A stretch of DNA of 64,000 bases. Source: an uncultured Spirochaetota bacterium (GTDB taxonomy: Bacteria > Spirochaetota > Spirochaetia > SZUA-6 > Fen-1364). Of the stretch, positions 32,077 to 41,029 are shown one piece after another. The notes below the pieces were generated by a model. That model searched no databases and was not told where the DNA came from. It saw nothing but the letters and a program-made list of their open reading frames with translations. Position 1 is the stretch's first letter, and every line of letters begins with the position of its first letter. Made by a program: the position numbers and the translations under genes. The stretch spans positions 2,752,001 to 2,816,000 of the forward strand of contig CAWGAA010000001.1 of the NCBI GenBank assembly GCA_963820525.1, in the 5' to 3' direction.

Positions 32077-32101
32077 AAGGTTAATTCACCTAATGGTAAA
32101 A
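32068..32101. promoter_or_regulatory. 34-bp imperfect palindrome over the ArsR start (autoregulatory operator)
   Basis: TTTTACCATAAGGTTAATTCACCTAATGGTAAAA; TTGACG -35 on the minus strand at 32122-32127. Confidence 0.65.
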
Positions 32102-32150
32102 TAAGAATCTCGAGATGGAAGCGTCAAGAAAAAAACTTGCTTTACGCGGG

Positions 32151-32357
32151 TCAGCCGACCCTCTCGAATCGGATGGGCAAGAGCTGAGTCAAGTCGAGGT
32201 TTTTGGAGGCGTTCATGATTTCGATCCCAACGATCTTTTCTCCCTCCCCCACATCCAGGACAATGTCATCCGACACGCGCCGGTTCACGACCTGTTGTGA
32301 GCGAGGATCTATGCGCAGGTACAGTAAATCCGCCCTCTCGTCATATTCGATCTTCAT
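32151..32357 (-). CDS. DUF2283 domain protein (putative antitoxin)
   Basis: MKIEYDERADLLYLRI...DDIVLDVGEGEKIVGIEIMNAS. Confidence 0.85.
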   Translation of the reverse strand: MKIEYDERADLLYLRIDPRSQQVVNRRVSDDIVLDVGEGEKIVGIEIMNASKNLDLTQLLPIRFERVG

Positions 32358-32358
32358 A

Positions 32359-32415
32359 TCAGGTCTCCCACGTCCCATAGAAAACATACACTGTAACTAC
32401 TATTATGGCATCCCC
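32359..32415 (-). pseudogene. C-terminal remnant of the DUF4258-like toxin that normally precedes DUF2283
   Basis: Reads GDAIIVVTVYVFYGTWET* right up to the DUF2283 start; an in-frame TAA lies just upstream and there is no N-terminus. Confidence 0.55.
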
Positions 32416-32483
32416 TTAAGACACAATCCACACCAACTCCGCGACATTGTCGCCGCCTGCCGTTTCTTCGTACCTTTCAGCCT

Positions 32484-32858
32484 ATGAAAAGCGCAATCGA
32501 ATGGTTCGACATACCGTCTTCAAACTTTGAACGGGCCCTGAAGTTCTGCTCTGATATCCTTGGCGAGCCGCTGAAGATCAATGAGTACGAGGGGCAGAAG
32601 CTGGCCTTTTTCCCCATGGACCCGAAGGGTGACGTGGGTGGAGACCTTGTTCCCCCCAGCCCCGAGTTTGTGCCCTCCAACAAGGGAAGCCGCGTATATC
32701 TGAATTGCGATGGCAAGCTGGATGAGGTGCTTAGCAGAGTGACACGGGCTGGCGGCAAGATTGTCAGGCCCAAGTTCTCCATCCCCGATGCCGACATCGC
32801 GATTATCGAGGATACATAGGGCAACTACGTCGGGCTGTCGAGCTTGAAAGCAAAATAG
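32484..32858 (+). pseudogene. VOC/glyoxalase family protein with in-frame amber stop
   Basis: IEWFDIP..FERALKF, VYLNC, AGGKIV; TAG at 32817-32819 interrupts the conserved D-T-E-G-N motif (DT*GNYVGL), and the frame continues to TAG 32856-32858. Confidence 0.8.
32625..32703 (+). repeat. 79-bp direct repeat, copy 1 (inside VOC gene)
   Basis: Matches 34810-34888 with 3 mismatches. Confidence 0.95.
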
Positions 32859-32944
32859 GGCGAAAGATCACAGAACCAGCGCGTGGGCGATACTACTCCG
32901 CGAAGATTTCTGTGTGGGCAGCAGGCCATACTTTTGCGAGCTCC

Positions 32945-33703
32945 TTAACCAGCGCCATAGATACTCCCGAGCTGCTCCAGCACCTCGTCCAGTGAGCTTT
33001 GGATAATGCCCATGCTTTTCAGGTCGATCGGCTCGCTTCGTACTTCACTGAGAAACCTACGCATGTCGGCCCGGATATTCGGGGGAACGTCCGCGCGAGG
33101 GGCGGGATCGATAATTCGGTAGAGCCGGAACACATCATTGCGATGCTTGCTGATGTCGCTGCTGTGAATCTTGTGGCCGGCCTCCCTGCGCTCTCTGAGG
33201 TCGAGCCAGGCACGAGCTTTCAAAGGAACCAGGTGCTCGGGCCCAACCACGGAAACGCCTTCAACGATCCGAATGCCGTCCTTGAGAAAAGCGTAGTACT
33301 CGTCTTGGAGAAGAATCGCGGACAGGCTTGATATCCCGTCACCGAAGGGAATTGGGGTGAGATGTACGCCGTGTGCCGGTTCAAGTCGATCTGGCCGGAT
33401 GGAGAGTATCTCCAGCATGCTCGGAAACCCCGGCACCTGCGGCGAGACAAATCGATAATACGTGGGTCTGCCCTCGCCTGACTGCGCCACGCTGTACTGT
33501 CCTGCCCGGATGAAGTTCCAGAAGGACCTTGCGAACCCGGAGTCGAGCGCCTCAGCTATCAGCACGATGTCCAGGTCCCTGGTTGCTCGAAACGCCAACC
33601 CCACCTGCTCCATTAGGAGGTCACAGGCGGAGCCGCCGATCAGTGCGTACTGGTGAGTCCGCTCCCTGAAGTGGTCCCGAAACAGTTCCAAGCCGGCTAC
33701 CAC
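32945..33703 (-). CDS. Nucleotidyltransferase-fold protein (AbiEii-like toxin)
   Basis: LIGGSAC...RATRDLDIV (Pol-beta GG/DxD), LKARAW, KHRNDVFRL. Confidence 0.75.
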   Translation of the reverse strand: MVAGLELFRDHFRERTHQYALIGGSACDLLMEQVGLAFRATRDLDIVLIAEALDSGFARSFWNFIRAGQYSVAQSGEGRPTYYRFVSPQVPGFPSMLEILSIRPDRLEPAHGVHLTPIPFGDGISSLSAILLQDEYYAFLKDGIRIVEGVSVVGPEHLVPLKARAWLDLRERREAGHKIHSSDISKHRNDVFRLYRIIDPAPRADVPPNIRADMRRFLSEVRSEPIDLKSMGIIQSSLDEVLEQLGSIYGAG

Positions 33704-34704
33704 TTCATTCCCTCCAGCAGTTCGTCAAGCGCCGATTCCACGCGCTCGTCAGAGGTACCGTTCAAGGACAGGAAGAGTGAGAGCCGATCCACAACCGGGC
33801 CGTCGGCAACCGCTCCTGGAGGATAGGCCCACACCTCCACCTCGACCCCGTGCCGTTCCACGGCGTCCGCGCCCACAACGGGAAACCTGGCCCGAAGAGC
33901 AGGCCAGGCGCCGCTCGACACGGCCACCACGGGGGTCGATGGTCCCGAAAGGTTGGTGTAGGCAGCAAGGGCGGTAAGTCCTGCCGTGTGCGCGCCCAGA
34001 TCCTTCCTGGACGCCGCCACTGCGACGCGTCGCAAGACCGGGCTTCGGAGCAGCGGTCGCGCCTTCTCCCACAGGTCGCGGCGCGATCCGGCCAGCTCCA
34101 TGAGTCGTCGCCTTCCCGCGCTGTAGTGGCGGCCAAGCCCGGCGCTCTCAAGCTCGTCGAAAACCCGGGACAGGGTCATATTGCTATAGCCAAGGGCGGC
34201 AGCCATTTCCTGCGGCGAGAATGTGTCCCGTTCCCTGCACTGAAGAGCATAGAGGAAGGCTGCCTGCGTGGCAGGGCTCAACCTTTCCGGCGCCCCCCTG
34301 ACGTTCCTGAAGTGCTCGCGCAGGTCGATGCCGAGCATGGGCAGGTAGACCTGGTTCCCCGGAACGACAAAGGCAACTCTCTGGTCGATAAGCTGCTTGC
34401 GCCGGGCGCTGTCGATTCCCGAGGCAACGTAGACCACCTCTCCTTCCCACCGCTTGCCGACCTCGAACATGTGCTTCCTGATTGCCGCAGGCGTATTCGG
34501 CTGGACGCCCCGATCCATCATGAAAAGGCAAGGCGCCCGCAGAACCCTCGCGGACAGGAACGCATATGCCTCCCGCAGGTACGCAGGAAGAGAACCTTCG
34601 CCCGACCATGGGCGCGTGTCTATTCCTATAGAAAGGACTTCACGCAAATGCCGCTTGAGCCGCTCTTGGAGATCGTTCTGGACTATAGATTTCATAACTT
34701 TCAT
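33697..34704 (-). CDS. HTH-containing AbiEi-like/MarR-like partner of the nucleotidyltransferase
   Basis: RKQLIDQRVAFVVPGNQVYLP, central HTH (SPQEMAAALGYSNMTLSRVFDELE), VDRLSLFLSL..DERVE. Start is 34704 or 34695 because the TTG at 34737 is the -35 box. Confidence 0.72.
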   Translation of the reverse strand: MKVMKSIVQNDLQERLKRHLREVLSIGIDTRPWSGEGSLPAYLREAYAFLSARVLRAPCLFMMDRGVQPNTPAAIRKHMFEVGKRWEGEVVYVASGIDSARRKQLIDQRVAFVVPGNQVYLPMLGIDLREHFRNVRGAPERLSPATQAAFLYALQCRERDTFSPQEMAAALGYSNMTLSRVFDELESAGLGRHYSAGRRRLMELAGSRRDLWEKARPLLRSPVLRRVAVAASRKDLGAHTAGLTALAAYTNLSGPSTPVVAVSSGAWPALRARFPVVGADAVERHGVEVEVWAYPPGAVADGPVVDRLSLFLSLNGTSDERVESALDELLEGMKW

Positions 34705-34708
34705 CTGT

Positions 34709-34737
34709 ACGATAACACTATCGGCGTTATCGTTCAA
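34709..34737 (-). promoter_or_regulatory. Promoter with embedded inverted repeat (autorepression site)
   Basis: Minus strand TTGAAC-N17-TATCGT; IR ACGATAAC (34709-34716)/GTTATCGT (34726-34733). Confidence 0.55.
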
Positions 34738-34809
34738 GATGCTGTTACTTTTTTCGGGCGGATAGTTTCCGCGCGGGCTTCAGATGGTAGTCGTTCAGGC
34801 GTTCACACT

Positions 34810-34888
34810 AAGGGTGACGTGGGCGGAGACCTTGTTCCCTCCAGCCCCGAGTTTGTGCCCTCCAACAAGGGAAGCCGCGTGTATCTGA
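34810..34888 (+). repeat. 79-bp direct repeat, copy 2 (orphan VOC fragment)
   Basis: Matches 32625-32703 with 3 mismatches. Confidence 0.95.
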
Positions 34889-34916
34889 GAGGTCGAAAGA
34901 TCGCCCGGCCGCGCTA

Positions 34917-37823
34917 TCAGCCGATTGTGTAGCTGAAGGTATAGCTCCCTGAACCCAGTACCGCCTCTGCTCCGTCTTTGCACTTCGTGAAACGGGCCGG
35001 GGCGCTCTTGTTGGCGGCCCCACGTAGATCGCCGGCGCCGCGGGCAGAAGCTCTACCGGGCCCGCGATCGGAGCTGCTGCCGAGCGCGGCGGCCCCCCCT
35101 TCTGTGAGGCCTGACGGTGTCGCTCCCGGCAGCACCACCCGGGCCGTCGTGTTGTGCGGCACCGTGATTTCCACGCTCATCCGGCCGCCCTTCAAAGACC
35201 AGGACACGGCGGCCTTGCCGAACTCCGTCATCCAATCCGCCTTGGCGTGGGTGATGCCGCCACCGGGCCGAGGTTTCATGAGAAGCCGGCGGCGGCCGGA
35301 GCCGTCTTCTTCCAGGTCCAGGCCAGCGACGGCGCCGTAGAGCCAGTCCCCGATGGCGCCGTACGCGTAATGGTTGAAGGAGTTCATGGACGGGCTCCAC
35401 ATGGAGCCGTCGGGCTTGATCCCGTCCCAGTGCTCCCAAATGGTGGTGGCGCCCTTGGTCACCTGGTACAGCCAGGACGGGTAATCCTCACGGGTAAGAA
35501 GAGAATAGGCGACATCCAGTCTCCCGTTGTCTGCGAGGACCCGGCAGAGGAACGGCGTTCCGAGAAATCCCGTTGTCAGATGCCAGCCGTTCTCCTCGAT
35601 AAGGCTGACCAGGGTGTCGACGGTCCGTTGTCTCTGTTTCTCGGGCGTCAGCCCGAAGGCGAGGGCAAGAACGTGCGCGGTCTGCGTCCTTGCGGCCAGG
35701 CGGCCGGAAGGCGTGTAGAACTCGTCCCGGAAGGCTTCAACGATTCTTCCGTACAGGCGTACGTACTCCCCGGCATCTTTCTTCCTGCCCAGGACTGCGG
35801 CCGCCTTGGCAAGGAGCAGGGTGGAGTGGGCATAAAAAGCGGTGGCGATAAGGTCTGTCGGCGTTGCCCCGAAGTAGCTTCCCTCTTTCGCGTCGAGGGC
35901 CACCCAGTCCCCGAAGTGGAAGCCCGAGTTCCAGAGAACCCCGCCCTGGGCATGAGCGCGCACGTACCCCACCCAGGCCTTCATGCTGTCGAACAGCTCG
36001 GCAAGGATTCGCGCATCTCCGCAGCGCTCGTAGAGCATCCAGGGGCAGATCACCACGGCATCTCCCCAGCCGGAGGATGAGTGCGACTGCTTGACGTTGG
36101 GATCGTTTTGGATAACGTCGGTGAGAACGTCGGGAGCCACAAAGGGGACGCCTCCCCCTTCCAATTGGTCCGCCTTCAGATCTCGAAGCCACTTGCGGTA
36201 GAAAGGGGCCGCGTGGACCAGGTAAAGGGCGGTGCAGATGAAGACCTGCGCGTCCCCGGTCCATCCGAGCCTTTCATCCCTCTGCGGGCAGTCCGTTGGA
36301 ATATCCACGAAGTTGCCCTTCAGGCTCCAGAGGATATTGTGGTGAAGCTTGTTGACCAGCTCGTTCGAGCAGCTGAAGCTTCCGGCGGGCTCGAGGTCCG
36401 AATGGATGACGACGGCCTGGAAATCATCCATGGCCGGCTGGCCCGGGTATTCTTCTATAATCACGTAGCGGAACCCGTGAAAGGTGAAATGCGGCTCGAA
36501 GCTTTCCGGAGATCCTCCCTTGAGGACATACTCCACGCGGGCCTTCGCGCTGCGCAGGTTTTCCGTGTAGAAGTTGCCCGCCGCATCCAGGACTTCCGCA
36601 TGCTTCAGCACCACGCGATCACCGGATTTACCTCGAACGGTGAAACGCACCCAACCCGTGAGATTCTGGCCGAAATCCAGCACCCGCTCGCCCTTGGGTG
36701 TCGTGAACAGGCGCAGGGGCGCTATCGTTTCCTGCCGCCTGACCAGCGGTCCATCCTGCGCCTGCAGGCGCCCTCGAATGCTATCGCCGCTATCCAATGG
36801 CCAGACCGGATGCCAGAGTGAATCGTCGAAGCCCGCTTGGTCGCAGCCGGCCTGCTCCAGGCGGGCGTCGTAGGTTTCCCCATGATAGATCTCGGAGAAA
36901 ACGATCGGGCCCGCGGAGGCCTTCCATGATTCGTCGGTAACGATCAGCTCCTCGCGTCCGTCGGTATATCTCACCAGGAGCTGGAGAAACAGGGCGGTTC
37001 GTGTGCCGTAGACATTTCGCCGGCCCAGCCAGCCGGCCAGGTCTCCCTTGTACCATCCGCATCCCAGCATCGCCGCAATTGCGTTGGCCCCCGGATGCAA
37101 CAGGCCCGTGACGTCCCAGGTCTGGTAGAGAAGCCGCTTGGAATAGGAGGTCCAGCCCGGCGTGAGAAGCGCATTTCCCACCCGCGCGCCGTTCAGCGAA
37201 AGCTGATACACGCCCAGCGCCGTGGTATAGATCCGGGCGAAAGAGACCTCACCCGCAAGGCTGAACTCCCGGCGCAAAAGCATTCCCGCGGATGAGGCGG
37301 CAGCCCCCTCGTCCTCCGGAGACACGAAGTGGGCCTTCCAAAAGGCAGGGTCGAGAAGTCCGGTCTCGAAGAAGGCGGCATCGCTCCAGGGGCTCTCCTC
37401 TCCATAATTGTCGCGCACCCGCACCCGGTAGAAGTAGCGCGTGGAGGAAAAAAGCGCGGGGCCCGAGTACTCCACCAGGACGGACTGCGCGGAGCGCACC
37501 TCGCCGGAGTCCCACAGAATGGCCGCGGGGGAGAAAGTATCGGCGCCTTGCTGGCCCGCGCCGCCGCCCAGGCTGCCGGCCCTCAGGTTGGCGGCCGGCT
37601 GCCCGCCCGCGCCTCGTGCGCCTTCTAGCTGGCCGGCGCCGCCCCGCTTACCCTCGCCGCCCCCCTGGTCGAAGCCCCCATCTGCCGCCACCTGCACCCG
37701 GAAGCTCTTCTGAACGACGTTCCTTCCATCGGATTCGAGGACCCAGGAGAACCGGGGCCGCGTCTCCCCGATTCCCACAGGGTTCTCCTGGTGCTCACAG
37801 CGCAGCCGCGTGGCTTTCAGCAT
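34917..37823 (-). CDS. Alpha-L-rhamnosidase (GH78)
   Basis: LDFGQNLTGW, FTFHGFRYV, IPTDCPQRDERLGWTGD, GATTIWEHWD, MNSFNHYAYG. Confidence 0.93.
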   Translation of the reverse strand: MLKATRLRCEHQENPVGIGETRPRFSWVLESDGRNVVQKSFRVQVAADGGFDQGGGEGKRGGAGQLEGARGAGGQPAANLRAGSLGGGAGQQGADTFSPAAILWDSGEVRSAQSVLVEYSGPALFSSTRYFYRVRVRDNYGEESPWSDAAFFETGLLDPAFWKAHFVSPEDEGAAASSAGMLLRREFSLAGEVSFARIYTTALGVYQLSLNGARVGNALLTPGWTSYSKRLLYQTWDVTGLLHPGANAIAAMLGCGWYKGDLAGWLGRRNVYGTRTALFLQLLVRYTDGREELIVTDESWKASAGPIVFSEIYHGETYDARLEQAGCDQAGFDDSLWHPVWPLDSGDSIRGRLQAQDGPLVRRQETIAPLRLFTTPKGERVLDFGQNLTGWVRFTVRGKSGDRVVLKHAEVLDAAGNFYTENLRSAKARVEYVLKGGSPESFEPHFTFHGFRYVIIEEYPGQPAMDDFQAVVIHSDLEPAGSFSCSNELVNKLHHNILWSLKGNFVDIPTDCPQRDERLGWTGDAQVFICTALYLVHAAPFYRKWLRDLKADQLEGGGVPFVAPDVLTDVIQNDPNVKQSHSSSGWGDAVVICPWMLYERCGDARILAELFDSMKAWVGYVRAHAQGGVLWNSGFHFGDWVALDAKEGSYFGATPTDLIATAFYAHSTLLLAKAAAVLGRKKDAGEYVRLYGRIVEAFRDEFYTPSGRLAARTQTAHVLALAFGLTPEKQRQRTVDTLVSLIEENGWHLTTGFLGTPFLCRVLADNGRLDVAYSLLTREDYPSWLYQVTKGATTIWEHWDGIKPDGSMWSPSMNSFNHYAYGAIGDWLYGAVAGLDLEEDGSGRRRLLMKPRPGGGITHAKADWMTEFGKAAVSWSLKGGRMSVEITVPHNTTARVVLPGATPSGLTEGGAAALGSSSDRGPGRASARGAGDLRGAANKSAPARFTKCKDGAEAVLGSGSYTFSYTIG

Positions 37824-37889
37824 TTCATCCCCCTTGGCAAGCGGCCCAGCGCCCCCACTATCGTGAGCGCTATGCCCAGCCCCACCAGC

Positions 37890-38720
37890 TTACGCCTTAA
37901 GGGCACCCGCGGTCAGCCCCGCGACAATCCTCTTGTTGAAAAAGATGAAAAGGATGAGGGGCGGAATGGAGATCAAAACGACGTCTGAAAACAGGAGGTT
38001 CCACCGCGTCACGTACATGCTCATGAAGTTGTACAGGGTGAGCTGGACCGTCGCGTTTTTCGCACCGGGAAGGAAATACAACGGGTTCACGAAGTCATTG
38101 AAGATGTTCACCGCGGAAAGCACGATGATGGTGGAGGTGACGGGCTTGAGGAGCGGGAAAATGATCCTGAAAAACAACTGCCAGCCCTGGCAGCCGTCTA
38201 TCACGGCCGCCTCGTCTATTTCCCGAGGCACGGTAACCATGAACCCTCTGTAGAGCAGGGTTGCGAAGGGGAATCCGAGGGCCACCTCAATCAGGACGAG
38301 CCCGGGCAGCGTCTTGAACAGCCCAATACCCCGCAGGATCCAGATCGTGGGGACAATTGAAGGGGGGATCATCAGGCCGGCAAGCACGAGGAAGTTCACA
38401 AGCCCCAGGCCCTTGCCTGATCGGCGCTGCATCACGAAGCCCCCCATCGCGCAGACCACGACCAGCACCAGGATGGAGAACACGGTGAGAAGGAAGCTGT
38501 TCACGAAAGCGCGCACCACCAGTCCTCCATTGTCCGTGAGCACCGTGGAGTAGTTCTGAACGATCATGAAGGTCGATGGCCAGGAAATGCTGGCGTCGGC
38601 TGCATCAGAGATGGTCTTTGCCGAGTTGATGATGACGAAGTAATACGGTACGCCGAAGACCACGAGGGACACGAGGATGGCGATTCCCCCCACGATGAAG
38701 CCCCGCGCGCGAAACCTCAT
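37890..38720 (-). CDS. Carbohydrate ABC transporter permease (MalG-like)
   Basis: EIDEAAVIDG EAA motif, RIIFPLLKP, GLTAGALK. Confidence 0.92.
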   Translation of the reverse strand: MRFRARGFIVGGIAILVSLVVFGVPYYFVIINSAKTISDAADASISWPSTFMIVQNYSTVLTDNGGLVVRAFVNSFLLTVFSILVLVVVCAMGGFVMQRRSGKGLGLVNFLVLAGLMIPPSIVPTIWILRGIGLFKTLPGLVLIEVALGFPFATLLYRGFMVTVPREIDEAAVIDGCQGWQLFFRIIFPLLKPVTSTIIVLSAVNIFNDFVNPLYFLPGAKNATVQLTLYNFMSMYVTRWNLLFSDVVLISIPPLILFIFFNKRIVAGLTAGALKA

Positions 38721-39583
38721 AGGTCCACCTCATGACGGGTCAGGTATCTGTAGAGCGGCACGGCCAGGGCGGAGACCACCACGAAGAGGATGACGTTGCC
38801 CGCCGTGGCAAGCCCGTAGAACCCGCCGGTGTACTGCTTGTAGATGATGGAGGCGATGAGGTCCGTGGTGAACCCCGGGCCCCCCTTGGTCATGGCCCAG
38901 ACAAGGTCGAAGGTGCGAAGCCCTCCAATGAAGGCAAGGATGATGACGGAGTTCATGGCAGGGCGGCAGAGGGGCAGGGTGATGAAGCGGAACTTGTCCC
39001 CCGCGTTCCCGCCGTCCAGCATGAGCGCCTCATAGTACTGCTGCGGGATAGAGGCGATGCCGGCAAGGTAGATCACCGTGGCCACCCCGACGCCCTTCCA
39101 CACGTCCACCATCGCCACGGAGAGTAAGGCGATGTGTACGTCTCCCAGCCAGTCGGGGCCCGCAATGCCGATGAGGGCGAGGGCCTTGTTGATAAGGCCA
39201 CGGGAAGGGTGCATGAGACTGCTGAAGGTGATGCCGACGGCGATGGTGCTGAGAAGGTTGGGAAAGAAGACCATGGAGCGCAGGTATCCCTTTGCCCGTA
39301 TGGAGGAGGAGAGAAACACGCCCAGAAAGAGGCCGAGCACCACCTTCAGCCCGCAGGTGACCACGGCATAGATTATGGTGTTTCGAAAGCCGATGCTCAG
39401 CGAGTATTCGGAGAAGAAGCTTTTGAAGTTGTCAAAGCCGATGAAGTACCAGTTGGTGAGCGTCCAGCGGGTCATGCTGAAGAACAGGGAGATGACGGTG
39501 GGAAGCAGGAAAAGCCCGCCGTAGATCAGTCCCGCGGGCAGAAGGAAAGCAAAGGAGTAGGACGTGCGGGATATGGACCTCAT
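38717..39583 (-). CDS. Carbohydrate ABC transporter permease (MalF-like)
   Basis: IPQQYYEALMLDG, FITLPL, TKGGPG. Confidence 0.92.
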   Translation of the reverse strand: MRSISRTSYSFAFLLPAGLIYGGLFLLPTVISLFFSMTRWTLTNWYFIGFDNFKSFFSEYSLSIGFRNTIIYAVVTCGLKVVLGLFLGVFLSSSIRAKGYLRSMVFFPNLLSTIAVGITFSSLMHPSRGLINKALALIGIAGPDWLGDVHIALLSVAMVDVWKGVGVATVIYLAGIASIPQQYYEALMLDGGNAGDKFRFITLPLCRPAMNSVIILAFIGGLRTFDLVWAMTKGGPGFTTDLIASIIYKQYTGGFYGLATAGNVILFVVVSALAVPLYRYLTRHEVDL

Positions 39584-39598
39584 GACGGCCTTTCACGG

Positions 39599-39630
39599 GC
39601 GGCGGTCCCGCGAGCTGGCGGGACCGCCGC
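39599..39630 (-). terminator. GC-rich intergenic stem-loop after the solute-binding gene (mRNA stabiliser/attenuator)
   Basis: Perfect 13-bp stem GCGGCGGTCCCGC/GCGGGACCGCCGC with a 6-nt loop; no U-tract. Confidence 0.55.
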
Positions 39631-39655
39631 AGTCAAAAAGGGTGCCGGGGAGAGA

Positions 39656-40924
39656 TTACCAGCCGGGAAGACCGAGCTGCTTGGCCTGCTTTTCGACGTC
39701 CCTGTCGTATTCCTTCGCCGCATCTATCGGGGTTGCGATTCCGCTGCCGCATTCCACGCAGATCTGCGGAAGGTTGGGGCCCTTGATGGGAGAAAGGAAC
39801 TCCAGGGCCGGGGCGGTGTTGCCCGAGTCGAAATAGGGGAGCATGTCCTTTGCCGCGGGCACCACGTCCGCGGGCAGCTTCACGCCCTTGACGGCGAACG
39901 GCCCGTCGGGTTTCTGCCTTTCCATGTACGCGGCGATTCCCTCCTGTGAGACGTAGAACGCGGCCCACTTCTTGGCCGCATCCACGTTCTTGCCGTTCTT
40001 GTACAGGTAGATGCCCGCGGGCATCCAGACCGTCAGGCCGTTCTTGGCCGCCGTGTCTCCCGGCTGCGCGAAGAACCCGATGTCGTTCAGCTTGTCGGGC
40101 GCCGTGTTCTTGATATTGGCGAGGGCGAAGGTGAGCATGGGGTAGTGCGCTCCGGTCCCGTCTGCGAGCATCTTCAGCGCAACGTCATAGGTGGTGGCCA
40201 GGCTGTCCTTGTTCATGAACCCCATCTTGTAGATCTGCTGGAGCTTCTCGAATCCGCGGAGCGCGATCGGGGTGCCGGCGTAGGTTGCCTTGTGATTGGT
40301 GTAGTCTGCGGCAAAGCCGGGGTACTGCGCCTGCACGTTGTAGTAATCCGCCAGGAGGATGAGCTGGGAGGTCCAGTCGTCCTTGTAGGACCCGATCACC
40401 GCGATCTTTCCGGCCGCCTTGATCTTGGTGCAGTTTGCCAAAAGCTCGCTCCACGTCCGGGGCACCTTGAGGCCGAGCTGGGCGTACACCTTCTTGTTGT
40501 ACAGCCAACCGCCCCCCATGGCCGTCTGCGCGGGAATTCCGTACACGCGGCCACCCACGCTCACCGTCTGCTTGAATGAGTCCACGATGTTCTTCATGTA
40601 CGGCTCATTGGTCAGGTCCACGAAGTTCTGCGGCGGGTTGAGGGCCTGGAACAGGGAGCCCGAGTTGTAGAACGAGAGGTCGTCCATGTCCCCGGTTGCC
40701 AGGCGGGTCTTCACCACGTTGTCGCCCTCAGCGCCGCCGGGCCGCAGGTCTATGGTGACCGAGATGCCCAGCGCCTTCTGCGCGGCGTCGATGACCCCCT
40801 TGATCCCGTCCAGCGCGGTCTGGTTGTCGATCAGGAGCGTGAGGTTGGTCTGGGCGAACACGGTCCCGCCGGCCAGGAGCCCGGCGACGCAGAACACCAG
40901 TACGAGGAACGCTTTCGTACGCAT
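39656..40924 (-). CDS. Carbohydrate ABC transporter solute-binding protein
   Basis: Signal peptide MRTKAFLVLVFC..VFAQ; VKTRLATGDM, YNKKVYAQLGL..P.TW, AKQLGLPGW. Confidence 0.9.
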   Translation of the reverse strand: MRTKAFLVLVFCVAGLLAGGTVFAQTNLTLLIDNQTALDGIKGVIDAAQKALGISVTIDLRPGGAEGDNVVKTRLATGDMDDLSFYNSGSLFQALNPPQNFVDLTNEPYMKNIVDSFKQTVSVGGRVYGIPAQTAMGGGWLYNKKVYAQLGLKVPRTWSELLANCTKIKAAGKIAVIGSYKDDWTSQLILLADYYNVQAQYPGFAADYTNHKATYAGTPIALRGFEKLQQIYKMGFMNKDSLATTYDVALKMLADGTGAHYPMLTFALANIKNTAPDKLNDIGFFAQPGDTAAKNGLTVWMPAGIYLYKNGKNVDAAKKWAAFYVSQEGIAAYMERQKPDGPFAVKGVKLPADVVPAAKDMLPYFDSGNTAPALEFLSPIKGPNLPQICVECGSGIATPIDAAKEYDRDVEKQAKQLGLPGW

Positions 40925-41029
40925 GGGAGGTAGCCTCCTTGGTTGGATGATGAGAACTCGCACGGGCAAAAAGTTATCATCGCGCATGCCAGCCGAACAT
41001 GGACTGTTCAGCACAATTCCATGGAGTTT

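Noticed and set aside
32817..32819. Pyrrolysine or stop-codon reassignment
   Set aside because: TAG acts as a normal stop for other genes here (e.g. 26046, 30076, 56566), and the gene sits in a rearranged region.
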